Under the pieces are notes generated by a model. That model did no database searches. It saw nothing but the letters and a program-made list of their open reading frames with translations, and was not told the origin of the DNA. From contig JAGVAS010000167.1 in NCBI GenBank assembly GCA_020060185.1, positions 1 through 49,070 on the forward strand: DNA of 49,070 bases, written 5' to 3'. Both the position numbers and the translations under genes were made by a program. Each line of letters begins with the position of its first letter. Positions within the stretch are counted from its first letter, which is position 1. Positions 9,724 through 17,999 of this stretch are shown here, piece after piece. The stretch comes from Desulfovibrio sp. Its GTDB lineage: Bacteria > Bacillota > Dethiobacteria > DTU022 > UBA8154.

Positions 9724-10714
9724 AGGCCTGGTCCTGGAAAGCACGCCGGATTATGTTTGCCTGCTCACTCCCGGGGGAGAATACGTCAGGGTTCCCAGCA
9801 AAAGAAAGGTCTTCCCTTTAGGGACGGAAGTAGAGCTGGAGTATTCCCGGCCTGTTAACACGACAAGATATTTGGCCCTGGCGGCATCCCTGTTTTTAAT
9901 CATCGCTCTTGCTTTTACCATGCAGATGGCCATCTTCCAGCCGGAAGCCTACCTGGCCCTTGATATCAACCCCAGCCTGCTCCTCTCCCTGGATAAAAAA
10001 GCTGTGGTAATAAAAGCAGAGGCCCTTAACCCCGAAGGAGAGGAAATCCTGGAAAACCTTCACCTGAAAGGGGAACAGGCCGGAGAAGCGGTGGCCTTAA
10101 TCCTAGGCAAAGCCTATCTGCTTAATTACTTAAAGGCAGGTACCGACAATGCCATCTATATTTCCCTGGCTGCTCCGGCAAATTATCTCCTTACGGAAAA
10201 CGAGTTGCGTTTCTCCGCAGAAGAGAAGGCCAGGAACCTGGAACTCAATACCTACCTGAAGGTCAAAGGCATGGGGGTGGAAAAGGCTCTCGAGGCCAGG
10301 GAAAAGAATGTTTCCCTCAACAGCATCATGCTGCAGGAGGAACTGACGAAGAAGGGTATCTGGAAAGAAAAGGAGATCACCAAAAAAGAAAAGCCCTTTC
10401 CCACTACCAGGGAAATTGTGAAGGAGGCAGGAGCGGCCAACGTATTTTCAGCGGAGGAATTCGTGGCTGCCGGCAGGAGCGCAGGGAAAAAGCCTGAGGA
10501 AGCAGGGCCTCCCGGGCGGCTTCCTGTAATTGAAAAGGGAAGGCCATCCTTGCAGCTGCCGGGAGAAGAGGAAGGGAGTACCGGATCTACTTTAATTATT
10601 CCGGGCATTGTTCCTCCGCCGGAAAAAGGCGGGCGGGAAAGCAGGAGCGATGACAGGCAACAGGAAAAGGGAACGTTTCCTCCCGTACGGAGGGAAAGGA
10701 TCGGGCCGCCATGA
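9710..10714 (+). CDS. rsgI: Anti-sigma-I factor RsgI with a disordered C-terminal tail
   Basis: RsgI N-terminal domain (MEKVKGLVLESTPDYVCLLTPGGEYVRVPSKRKV), a single TM helix (YLALAASLFLIIALAFTMQMAIF), a juxtamembrane LALDINPS block, and a P/G/E/K/R-rich tail. It overlaps sigI by 14 nt. Confidence 0.75.
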   Translation: MEKVKGLVLESTPDYVCLLTPGGEYVRVPSKRKVFPLGTEVELEYSRPVNTTRYLALAASLFLIIALAFTMQMAIFQPEAYLALDINPSLLLSLDKKAVVIKAEALNPEGEEILENLHLKGEQAGEAVALILGKAYLLNYLKAGTDNAIYISLAAPANYLLTENELRFSAEEKARNLELNTYLKVKGMGVEKALEAREKNVSLNSIMLQEELTKKGIWKEKEITKKEKPFPTTREIVKEAGAANVFSAEEFVAAGRSAGKKPEEAGPPGRLPVIEKGRPSLQLPGEEEGSTGSTLIIPGIVPPPEKGGRESRSDDRQQEKGTFPPVRRERIGPP

Positions 10715-10774
10715 ATATATCTTTTATATCCCCGCCTGGCCCTGTTTGTCGGCTGGCTGGAGAGCAGGGAGAAT

Positions 10775-11389
10775 ATGAAAAAAATTAGACAGTTGTTTAT
10801 TAACGGCTTATTAACGTTAATACCAATGGCAGTAACTTTTTATGTCCTGTATTATTTATTTTCCGTTACAGATAACTTTCTGGGTGTTTATTTTGAAAGA
10901 TTTTTGGGCTACAGAATACCGGGAATCGGTATCATTACCGTTCTAATCTTGATTTTCATTACCGGCTTTATTGTTACCAATATACTAGGTGCAAAACTTT
11001 TATGGCTTACGGAAAGCCTGCTTAAAAAGCTCCCCTTTGTTCCCAAAATATATTTTGCGGTAAAGCAGATTGTAGAGGCATTTTCCCTGCAAAGAATGCA
11101 GGTTTTTACCCAGGTTGTCCTGGTGGAATATCCACGCAAGGGTATCTATGTTGTGGGATTCGTTACGGGTGAATGCAAGGGGGAGGTTCAGGATAAAACA
11201 GAGGAAAGGCTGATAAACGTCTTTATCCCTACAACCCCTAACCCTACATCGGGCATGTTAATTTTAGTGCCCAGTAAAGACATTATCTACCTGGATATGA
11301 CGGTTGAAGACGGGTTAAAGTTGATTATCAGTGCAGGGGTAGTGGTACCCAAACCTGCCGGTATTAATGAGCTTAATAGAGATAATTAA
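10775..11389 (+). CDS. DUF502 family membrane protein
   Basis: Two N-terminal TM helices and the conserved IPTTPNPTSGMLILVPSKDIIYLDMTVEDGLKLIISAGV block. Confidence 0.8.
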   Translation: MKKIRQLFINGLLTLIPMAVTFYVLYYLFSVTDNFLGVYFERFLGYRIPGIGIITVLILIFITGFIVTNILGAKLLWLTESLLKKLPFVPKIYFAVKQIVEAFSLQRMQVFTQVVLVEYPRKGIYVVGFVTGECKGEVQDKTEERLINVFIPTTPNPTSGMLILVPSKDIIYLDMTVEDGLKLIISAGVVVPKPAGINELNRDN

Positions 11390-11474
11390 AGTTAAGTAAG
11401 AGGTAAAACTTTGCCGATTACCTTACCTTTTGCCCGGGTCAGAACTGTAAAAGCTACCGTTCTGAAAGAGCCCG

Positions 11475-11532
11475 GTGCGGGAAATCCGCACGCGGGGTTC
11501 TGTGGGGGTCTGGGCCACCAATTGGGTGGCCC
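11475..11532. other. GC-rich structured element (two perfect hairpins) of unknown origin
   Basis: gtgcgg/ccgcac (11475-11480 / 11486-11491, loop gaaat) and gggccacc/ggtggccc (11512-11519 / 11525-11532, loop aattg). It sits in non-coding debris downstream of the SNF2 remnant. The translation GAGNPHAGFCGG resembles junk peptides I associate with mobile-element or intron remnants. Confidence 0.3.
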
Positions 11533-11618
11533 TTCTACCTGGAGGGCGGGCACAATCCTGGGGCGTTGTCCCCGGAGAGGCCCTGCCTCTACTTGACCTC
11601 CTGTAAATTTTACCAGGT

Positions 11619-11888
11619 TTAAGTGGTCAGCCTGAATATGTCCATGAGCTCCTTGTTGGAGAGCTCGCTAAGCTACTGTTCCCCGGCGGAGATGGTCAGC
11701 TCGGCAAGTTCCTTCTTGGCGGAAATCATCTCGTCAATTTTCTCTTTAAAGGTGCCAATGGTAATTAACCTGTGTACCAGCACTTTTTTCGTTTGCCCGA
11801 TTCTGTAGGTCCTGTCCGTGGCCTGCTCCTCCACGGTGGGGTTCCACCACAGGTCGTAGTGAATGACGTTGGTGGCCGCGGTGAGGTT
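11619..11888 (-). pseudogene. C-terminal fragment of an SNF2-family helicase with an in-frame amber codon
   Basis: NLTAATNVIHYDLWWNPTVEEQATDRTYRIGQTKKVLVHRLITIGTFKEKIDEMI (helicase motifs V-VI), then ..ISAGEQ-TAG-LSELSNKELMDIFRLTT-TAA. The TAG at 11673-11675 sits where the family has Trp (GEQWLSEL). Confidence 0.7.
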
Positions 11889-12080
11889 AGCAGCGTAATA
11901 GAGCCTATTGTCAAAAGTTAGCACCAATAATTCAGAAAGCTCCCTTTGCAGGGTTTTTGCAGTGGCCAGGTGCCAGAGATTTGCACCGCGTAGTGGCCAT
12001 TTTTTAGCCAGTACCTTTATTTCAGCAGTATCGGGGACGATTTTTAGCTGTCTCCATGGTCCTTTTTTCAGGACTTCCAT
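11889..12080 (-). pseudogene. PIN-domain (VapC-like) C-terminal fragment fused in frame to the SNF2 fragment
   Basis: ..LRGANLWHLATAKTLQRELSELLVLTFDNRLYYAA resembles the D-containing C-terminal half of PIN toxins (DAlHLAtA...lvTfD.rL..AA). It lacks the N-terminal half. The junction with SNF2 is at an AA dipeptide. Confidence 0.45.
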
Positions 12081-12142
12081 AGAGGCTTCGATTAATATGT
12101 CTGTTTATCACATCAGAAAAGAGTTACAAACAATAATTGCTA

Positions 12143-12178
12143 TTGACTTTGCTTTTTCTTTGTATTACAATTTGTAAT
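12143..12178 (+). promoter_or_regulatory. Sigma-A-type promoter with a palindromic operator upstream of the first vapBC pair
   Basis: TTGACT (12143-12148), 17-nt spacer, TACAAT (12166-12171). A perfect palindrome ATTACAA-T-TTGTAAT (12164-12178) overlaps the -10. Confidence 0.55.
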
Positions 12179-12192
12179 ACGGAGGTGTTCAT

Positions 12193-12441
12193 ATGATCAG
12201 TATTCGTTTACCAAAAGAATTGGAGGAAAGGCTTAACCTCCTGTCTGCGAAGGAGAATGTCACTAAATCCGAAATTGTCAAGGAAGCTCTTGCAGAATAC
12301 TTTGCAAAAAAAGAAAAGCTGGCAAGCCCTTTTGACCTGGGAAAGGACTTATTTGGAAAATATGGAAGCGGAACGGGGACATTGTCTACAGAATACAAGA
12401 AAAAAGTAAGAGAGAAGATTCATGCAAAAATGTGTCATTGA
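12193..12441 (+). CDS. vapB: Ribbon-helix-helix (CopG-like) antitoxin
   Basis: MISIRLPKELEERLNLLSAKENVTKSEIVKEALAEYF is an RHH fold signature. GGAGGTG lies 6 nt before the ATG. It overlaps the downstream PIN gene by 20 nt. Confidence 0.8.
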   Translation: MISIRLPKELEERLNLLSAKENVTKSEIVKEALAEYFAKKEKLASPFDLGKDLFGKYGSGTGTLSTEYKKKVREKIHAKMCH

Positions 12442-12844
12442 TGCCGGGCCGTTGATTGCTTTATTTGATCGGGATGATAAATATCATCATTCCATAAAAA
12501 AATTCCTGAGGGGATACAAAGGGCGATTGATAACTTCGTGGGCAGTTATTACGGAAGTTTTATACATGTTGGATTTTAATGTAAAAGTGCAGATTGATTT
12601 CCTGCGCTGGATTCAGCGTGATGCCATTGAAATTGTATCGCTTAATAAGGAGCACATTTCCAGGATCATCGAATTATCGAAAAAGTATGCTGATGTTCCC
12701 ATGGACTTTGCGGATGCAACACTTATTGTTATTTCCGAAATAGAGAGCATCAAAGAGATTATTACCATTGATTCCGACTTTCACATTTACCGGAACATCC
12801 GGAAAGAATTCTTAAAAAACATATTCGAGCCATTTTCGGATTGA
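12422..12844 (+). CDS. vapC: PIN-domain toxin
   Basis: VIDAGPLIALFDRDDKYH...TEVLYML...DFADATLIVISE...IITIDSDFHIYR shows the four acidic PIN positions in the expected order. Confidence 0.8.
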   Translation: MQKCVIDAGPLIALFDRDDKYHHSIKKFLRGYKGRLITSWAVITEVLYMLDFNVKVQIDFLRWIQRDAIEIVSLNKEHISRIIELSKKYADVPMDFADATLIVISEIESIKEIITIDSDFHIYRNIRKEFLKNIFEPFSD

Positions 12845-12877
12845 CTTAGTCCTTAGTTTAGTTTACACTAAAGAGGG

Positions 12878-13123
12878 GTGATTATTTTGACAATCCAGGT
12901 AAATACACATGAAGCTAAGACTCATCTTTCCAAACTTCTGGCCAGGGTAAGAGAAGGTCAGGAAGTTATTATCGCCAAGGGCGGCAAACCAGTTGCCAGG
13001 CTTGTACCTGTGCTAGAGCAACATCCTAAACGCGTTCCGGGAACAGCAAAAAACAAGATCTTTATTTCGCCATCTTTTAATGACCCACTGCCTGAAGATG
13101 TTCTGGAGGAGTTCGAAAAATGA
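12878..13123 (+). CDS. Phd/YefM-family antitoxin
   Basis: ..VNTHEAKTHLSKLLARVREGQEVIIAKGGKPVARLVPV. TTG at 12887, 8 nt after AGAGGGG, is the likelier start. It overlaps the next gene by 4 nt (ATGA). Confidence 0.75.
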   Translation: MIILTIQVNTHEAKTHLSKLLARVREGQEVIIAKGGKPVARLVPVLEQHPKRVPGTAKNKIFISPSFNDPLPEDVLEEFEK

Positions 13124-13506
13124 GAGTGTTACTGGACACACATGCTTTTTTATGGTGGATTACGGATGATCCACAGCTTTCATCCCGGGCTCGCGGAATT
13201 ATCAGCAATGGGGAAAACACGCTTTACTTGAGTGCTGCCAGCGGATGGGAAATTTCTGTGAAAGCCAGGCTGGGCAAACTTGAGCTGCCAGATAATCCAG
13301 CGGCTTTTATTTTTGAACAGCTTTCTTCCAACGCAATTATTGAACTTCCCGTTAAAATGAACCACGCCCTGCATGTTTATACTCTCCCTTCGCACCACCG
13401 GGACCCTTTTGACCGCCTGCTGGTCTCCCAGGCACAGCACGAAATATTACCCATAATAACGGCAGATAAACAAATTGCCGAATATGATGTGAAAGTAATT
13501 TGGTAG
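13120..13506 (+). CDS. vapC: PIN-domain toxin
   Basis: MRVLLDTHAFLWWITDDPQLS...LYLSAASGWEISVKARLGKLELP...HRDPFDRLLVSQAQHEILPIITAD. Confidence 0.8.
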   Translation: MRVLLDTHAFLWWITDDPQLSSRARGIISNGENTLYLSAASGWEISVKARLGKLELPDNPAAFIFEQLSSNAIIELPVKMNHALHVYTLPSHHRDPFDRLLVSQAQHEILPIITADKQIAEYDVKVIW

Positions 13507-13515
13507 ATCTACTGT

Positions 13516-13572
13516 AAGGTTTTTACCTATGATAAGCATTTTCAAATTGCCGGTTTTCGTATCGTCACTTAA
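13516..13572 (+). pseudogene. About 18-codon tail of another PIN toxin gene
   Basis: KVFTYDKHFQIAGFRIVT-stop parallels the C-terminus of the VapC at 13940..14353 (IATYDRHFKMLKIPCIP). It has no start and an in-frame stop just upstream. Confidence 0.3.
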
Positions 13573-13601
13573 TACCTTATTTTCTAAAGATTATATTTTT
13601 T

Positions 13602-13643
13602 GGTGTATAAAAGTTGATAATTATACACCTTAAGTGGTATAAT
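13602..13643 (+). promoter_or_regulatory. Promoter with an inverted-repeat operator upstream of the third TA pair
   Basis: TTGATA (13614-13619), 18-nt spacer, TATAAT (13638-13643). A perfect 8-bp inverted repeat GGTGTATA (13602-13609) / TATACACC (13622-13629) brackets the -35. Confidence 0.55.
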
Positions 13644-13662
13644 AGGCTTAGAGGTGAGAACC

Positions 13663-13935
13663 ATGGAAGAAGGCAGGATGGTTAGGCGTCAGTTGTATTT
13701 ACCGGATACATTGAACAAAAAGTTAAAAGAATGGTCCAGGTTCAAGAAAATTTCCGAATCTGAGATTATGCGACATGCCTTATCCGAGTATTTGGAGCAA
13801 GAGAAACGGCGTCACACTCCTTATCATGAAAACCCCGTGCTGAAAATGAAAGGGCTATTTGAAGGGGATGCAAGTTGCTTCAGGGTAAGCGAAAACCATG
13901 ATCAGATTATTTATAATCTCGACCATGAGGAATAG
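13663..13935 (+). CDS. vapB: Ribbon-helix-helix antitoxin
   Basis: ..RRQLYLPDTLNKKLKEWSRFKKISESEIMRHALSEYLEQ (RHH). ATG at 13663 lies 7 nt after GAGGTG; the ORF track starts at 13654 (GTG). Confidence 0.75.
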   Translation: MEEGRMVRRQLYLPDTLNKKLKEWSRFKKISESEIMRHALSEYLEQEKRRHTPYHENPVLKMKGLFEGDASCFRVSENHDQIIYNLDHEE

Positions 13936-13939
13936 TTGA

Positions 13940-14353
13940 ATGAAAATTTTTATCGATACCGGTGTATGGTTTAGCTTTCTAGTTCGAAGGGATCAGTACC
14001 ATGATAAAAGTGTAGAAATAATGGAAAAACTCCAGTATAAAGGAGCCTTACTGGTAACGTCTGATCTTGTCCTTTCCGAAACGTATACTTTGTTAATGCG
14101 AAAATTGGGAACGCAGGCAGCTTTAAAATTTCTTGAACTAATAAAAGCACAGGTGGAGGCTAAATTTACAGAAATTACCTGGATTGATCAGGTTGTTCTC
14201 GATCAATCCTATAATTTATTACAGAAATTTTCTGATCAACCTTTATCTCTAACTGATGCTACAAGTGCAATTATCATCAGGCAGAATAAATTTTCTTTTA
14301 TAGCAACTTATGATCGTCATTTTAAAATGTTAAAAATTCCCTGCATTCCGTAA
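13940..14353 (+). CDS. vapC: PIN-domain toxin
   Basis: MKIFIDTGVWFSFLVRRDQYH...LVTSDLVLSETYTLL...SLTDATSAIIIRQNKFSFIATYDRHF. Confidence 0.8.
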   Translation: MKIFIDTGVWFSFLVRRDQYHDKSVEIMEKLQYKGALLVTSDLVLSETYTLLMRKLGTQAALKFLELIKAQVEAKFTEITWIDQVVLDQSYNLLQKFSDQPLSLTDATSAIIIRQNKFSFIATYDRHFKMLKIPCIP

Positions 14354-14384
14354 AGTGTTATTCCCTTTGGTTTCAACGCTGTAT

Positions 14385-14427
14385 GGGGCTGCACTTCTAC
14401 TTTAAAAGCAAGTGCAGCCCCTTTTCT
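14385..14427. terminator. Bidirectional rho-independent terminator between convergent genes
   Basis: ggggctgcact (14385-14395) pairs perfectly with agtgcagcccc (14411-14421), followed by TTTTCT. Confidence 0.7.
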
Positions 14428-14490
14428 AATTTGCTTTTGTCCGCATTATTTCTTCATTACTGTGAAGTGTACAAAGCTTTTTTTATGCCT

Positions 14491-16800
14491 TTAGTTCCCC
14501 GGGATCAACAGGGAGTTGATTTCCTTCAGGTCGCCCAGGTCATTGGCCTTGAACATGCCCTGGGAGAAGGTGTAGAGGACATCCCTGATATAGATGATCC
14601 TTTCCACGTTTTTGCTGCTGTCGTACCAGTGGCGGCCGGTTTTGAGGTAATCTTCCCCTGTAAGGTGGGTAATTCTCCCCTTCAGCTTAAAGCCGTCGCT
14701 CAGGTTCAAGTTGTAGACGTACGCCCCCTGGAAGGTAAATTCCCCGTAATCGGGCACCGTTCCCGTGCTGCTTTTGGACTCCATGACGGTAATGGGAAAG
14801 GCCAGGAGGTTTTTCTCCCTGCTGAAGAGCAGGGCCTTGTGGTTGTGCAGGAGATCGGAGGTGGTACCGCGGCCCCCGATCATTTCCTTAAATTTCTCCA
14901 CGGGGTTGTGCACGTCGCTGACGTCAAAGAGGGCCATCTTTATGCCCAGGTCGATAACTGCGGTGTTGATAACATTACCCTTGCTGTCTTTTTGGACGAT
15001 CTCCATGGTGTCCTTGCCGAAGCCGATGATGTGGTTCTCGTCGTAGGGGTGGAGGTAATCGCTGTACCCCGGTATTTTTAAAGCGCCGAGGATGCGTGGG
15101 TTTGCCGGGTCCCCAAGATCCAGGACGAAGAGGGGGTCCACCGTGCGGAAGGTAACCATGTAGCCCTTTTCGCCCATGAAGCGGGCGGAGTAGATTTTCT
15201 CACCGGGGGCGATATCTTCAATTTTGCCCTTCAGGTTTAGCTCTCCATCCAGGATATAGATGTTGTTCCGGGAAGTATCCTCTCCTCCGCCCCAGGGGTT
15301 CCCCGAGGTGGTGGCTATGCGGAAGTGCTCAGCGTATTCATCCATGGAAAACTGGTTTAAAACAGTGCCCGGCACTTTTCCTCTGGCGACATAGCTGATC
15401 CTGCCGTTGTCCAGGGCAAATTTGTAGATATGGGTGCTGGGGTCGTAGGCCGGAATTCTTGATACAGCGCTGCCGTACCCCGTTACGGTGGCATAGAGGT
15501 TCTGCTGGGAGGCGTAGATGTTGTCACCGGCGCCCAGGAAGGTATGCACTTCTACCTGCTTGTCGGGATGATCCAGGTTCAGGCCGGCTACGATCAGGTA
15601 ATTGGGCCTGGTAAAGCCGGGGAAATAGCGGATACTGGCGTAATCGATGCTTGTGAATTCCTCTTTTACGGCGGTGTCGCGGTAGGAGGGCGCGGGGTTC
15701 TCTGCCCCTTTTTCCATAATGTAGTAGTAATCGATGTTTTTGTTGGCTACCAGGTAGAGGGACGATCCGATCTTGCGGGAAGAGGCGTAATAGCCCTCCA
15801 GTTCAACTTCCCGCAGCTGCCTGACGTTTTTCCGATCGCTGATGTCGAAAACAATCGTTTTTAACGTGCTGTGGAGGTAGTAGGGCGGGGGATAGATCAT
15901 TATTTTTTCCTCGCTGTAGATAACGGGTTCTTTGTAGGAGGGGATTTCCTTGTAGGAAGTCCCTATAACCACCAGGTGCTTTTCGTCCACGTAGATCTCC
16001 TGGGGGGTAAAATCCTGATCGTTAAATTCTACCATACTGCAAATTTCCATCTGCCCGGGGGGGTAAGCCCTGGCGATGACGATACGTCCCCTGTTGACAT
16101 GGTAGATGTACGTCCCGTCCGTTTTAACTATATCGGCTTCATCCACTCCCTGCACCTGGATGTTGGTCTGGGAGTAATCTCCGGGCGCAGGTGCAGGCGC
16201 TGCCTCTTTCATTGCCGATTGGCTCTCTTCCGCCTTGTCCAGGCCGAATGCGCCTCTGCGGGGTCCCCCGTATGTGTAGAAAGGCTGTGCCTCTTCCAGC
16301 AGCTTTTTAAGGTTTGAAAACGAACCCACCACGGGGAGGCTTTCCAGGGCTTTTTCGCCAGTACTTATCCCGGAGGCGGGGTCTAAAATAACTACCGTCC
16401 TTGTGAAAGACTGCCACTCCACCTGCGCCCCCAGGGCCTCGGAGACAAAGCGGACCGGGACCAGCACCCTGCCGTTTATTAACTGCGGGGCGGCCTCCAG
16501 GTTAAATTCCGTGATGTTTTTAAGTACTTTTTCCAGGCCAGGCTGGAGCTTAATGATATCATCGCCCCGGGTGATAATCACGGTTGGCGGAGCGTCGATC
16601 CAATCCACTTCGGCCCCCAGGGTTTCGGCGATGGCCCGTAAAGGTACAAGCAGGCGCCCGTTTTCCAGCAGCGGCTGGACGTCAAAATTCAGCCTTTCAC
16701 CGTTAAAAGTTACGGATACCGGCTGGGCCGCAACCCCCAGAGAAAAAGCGGCTATGAGCAGCACGGCAACAGCTAAAACCAAAAGCCATTTCTTTTTCAT
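14491..16800 (-). CDS. Secreted protein with a copper-amine-oxidase-N-like stalk domain plus a beta-propeller domain
   Basis: Signal peptide MKKKWLLVLAVAVLLIAAFSLGVAA. Then FNGERLNFDVQPLLENGRLLVPLRAIAETLGAEVDW (Cu_amine_oxidN1-type repeat), then YSQTNIQVQGVDEADIVKTDGTYIYHV and the rest of a Beta_propel-type domain. ATG at 16800 follows GAGGAGGG. Confidence 0.8.
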   Translation of the reverse strand: MKKKWLLVLAVAVLLIAAFSLGVAAQPVSVTFNGERLNFDVQPLLENGRLLVPLRAIAETLGAEVDWIDAPPTVIITRGDDIIKLQPGLEKVLKNITEFNLEAAPQLINGRVLVPVRFVSEALGAQVEWQSFTRTVVILDPASGISTGEKALESLPVVGSFSNLKKLLEEAQPFYTYGGPRRGAFGLDKAEESQSAMKEAAPAPAPGDYSQTNIQVQGVDEADIVKTDGTYIYHVNRGRIVIARAYPPGQMEICSMVEFNDQDFTPQEIYVDEKHLVVIGTSYKEIPSYKEPVIYSEEKIMIYPPPYYLHSTLKTIVFDISDRKNVRQLREVELEGYYASSRKIGSSLYLVANKNIDYYYIMEKGAENPAPSYRDTAVKEEFTSIDYASIRYFPGFTRPNYLIVAGLNLDHPDKQVEVHTFLGAGDNIYASQQNLYATVTGYGSAVSRIPAYDPSTHIYKFALDNGRISYVARGKVPGTVLNQFSMDEYAEHFRIATTSGNPWGGGEDTSRNNIYILDGELNLKGKIEDIAPGEKIYSARFMGEKGYMVTFRTVDPLFVLDLGDPANPRILGALKIPGYSDYLHPYDENHIIGFGKDTMEIVQKDSKGNVINTAVIDLGIKMALFDVSDVHNPVEKFKEMIGGRGTTSDLLHNHKALLFSREKNLLAFPITVMESKSSTGTVPDYGEFTFQGAYVYNLNLSDGFKLKGRITHLTGEDYLKTGRHWYDSSKNVERIIYIRDVLYTFSQGMFKANDLGDLKEINSLLIPGN

Positions 16801-17002
16801 GGATAACCCTCCTCTATCTTTATAGATCATTTAATCTACTGGTATTTTTCTGGTTAAAAAACCATTTGTTTTTATTGGTTCCTTTTTCTGCTGCAGCATT
16901 TATAAGGTAGACGAAAATAAAAGGGGAAATGTTCCCCGATATTTTTGCCTCTGTTCTTAAAATTTTTATGTGTTAAAATAGAATAGAGTCAATACAGGGG
17001 AG

Positions 17003-17938
17003 GTGCTCTTAAGCTTGAAAGGTGCGGTGGGGTCCAATACCCTTAAGCAGGTAAGGCCTGTGCCGGAATGGATTGCTGTCTTAGCTATGCTGCGTCCCAA
17101 ACAGTGGACGAAAAACCTCCTTTTATTTGCGGGGCTGGTCTTCTCGCAGAATCTTTTTAATACGCCGCTGCTGCTTAAAACGGTGCTCGCCTTCGGGGTC
17201 TTCTGCCTGCTTTCCGGTTCAGTGTACATCCTGAATGATATCCATGATCTGGCCGAAGACAGGAAGCATTACAAGAAGCGCAGCAGGCCGCTGGCTTCCG
17301 GCCGGCTGGGTGTCAGGGAGGCCCTTGTTATTTTTTTTATTCTCGCTGTAATTTCTTTTTATTTGGCGTTCAACCTGGGAATACCCTTTCTCGCTGCTGC
17401 TGTGCTTTACTTTCTCCTGGTGTTCAGCTATTCGCTGTGGTTCAAGCACATCGTTATCATTGATGTTTTCGCCGTGGCCGTGGGCTTCCTGCTGCGGGCC
17501 GTAGCCGGAGGGGTGGTCATCGGGGTACGCATTTCTCCCTGGCTTTTAATCTGCACCCTTCTACTGGCCCTGTTCCTGGCTTTGACCAAGCGCAGGCACG
17601 AATATATGGTTATGGAGAACAACGGGAAGGAACACCGGCGGGTGCTGGCAGACTACTCCGTGGCCTACCTGGACCAGCTTGTCTCCATTGTTACCGCCTC
17701 CACGATCATGGCCTACTCCCTGTATACCTTTACGGCCAGCAGCACGGAATACCTGATGCTCTCCATCCCCTTTGTCATTTACGGGATATTCCGCTACCTC
17801 TTCCTGGTACACAAAAGGGAAATGGGGGGTAGTCCCGAGGATGTGCTGCTGAAGGATAAACCGCTGATCGTAAATATTATCCTCTGGGTCGCCGTTTGCG
17901 TGGTTATTCTCTACCTTGACCGGAGAGGAATCATCTGA
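17003..17938 (+). CDS. UbiA-family prenyltransferase, decaprenyl-phosphate phosphoribosyltransferase-like
   Basis: LRPKQWTKNLLLFAGLVFSQNLF...YILNDIHDLAEDRKHYKKRSRPLASGRL, with about 8 TM helices. GTG start after AGGGGAGG. Confidence 0.75.
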   Translation: MLLSLKGAVGSNTLKQVRPVPEWIAVLAMLRPKQWTKNLLLFAGLVFSQNLFNTPLLLKTVLAFGVFCLLSGSVYILNDIHDLAEDRKHYKKRSRPLASGRLGVREALVIFFILAVISFYLAFNLGIPFLAAAVLYFLLVFSYSLWFKHIVIIDVFAVAVGFLLRAVAGGVVIGVRISPWLLICTLLLALFLALTKRRHEYMVMENNGKEHRRVLADYSVAYLDQLVSIVTASTIMAYSLYTFTASSTEYLMLSIPFVIYGIFRYLFLVHKREMGGSPEDVLLKDKPLIVNIILWVAVCVVILYLDRRGII

Positions 17939-17999
17939 GTTGAACAATTCTCTTAGCCTGGTGAAAATGAACTTTATAAATAAAATGAGTGGAAAATAA

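Noticed and set aside
11411-11596. Track ORF of 61 aa (MPITLPFARVRTVKATVLKEPGAGNPHAGFCGG...).
   Set aside because: It has no SD and uses a TTG start. The product is G/P/R-rich and spans the two GC-rich hairpins. It is more likely a structured non-coding remnant than a gene.
11673-11675. Reading the in-frame TAG codons (11673-11675 and 31385-31387) as pyrrolysine or another recoding event.
   Set aside because: Both lie in truncated genes lacking starts or N-terminal domains. Both align to conserved Trp positions, so they look like simple TGG-to-TAG mutations. TAG also terminates intact genes here (13504-13506, 29815-29817, 38861-38863). No MttB/MtbB/MtmB-type or pyl genes are in the window.
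14383-16825. Several long plus-strand ORFs in the track (14383..15081, 15544..15864, 15871..16317, 16403..16825).
   Set aside because: They lie antisense to the 769-aa beta-propeller gene, which has clear domain signatures. Their products are low-complexity V/G/D- or S/R-rich strings with no SD sequences. These are typical shadow ORFs.
16923-16937. Hairpin ggggaa-atg-ttcccc flanked by A and T runs in the divergent promoter region between the beta-propeller gene and the UbiA-family gene. I considered it as an attenuator.
   Set aside because: It is only a 6-bp stem in a region with no upstream gene to terminate, which is insufficient evidence for a regulatory role.
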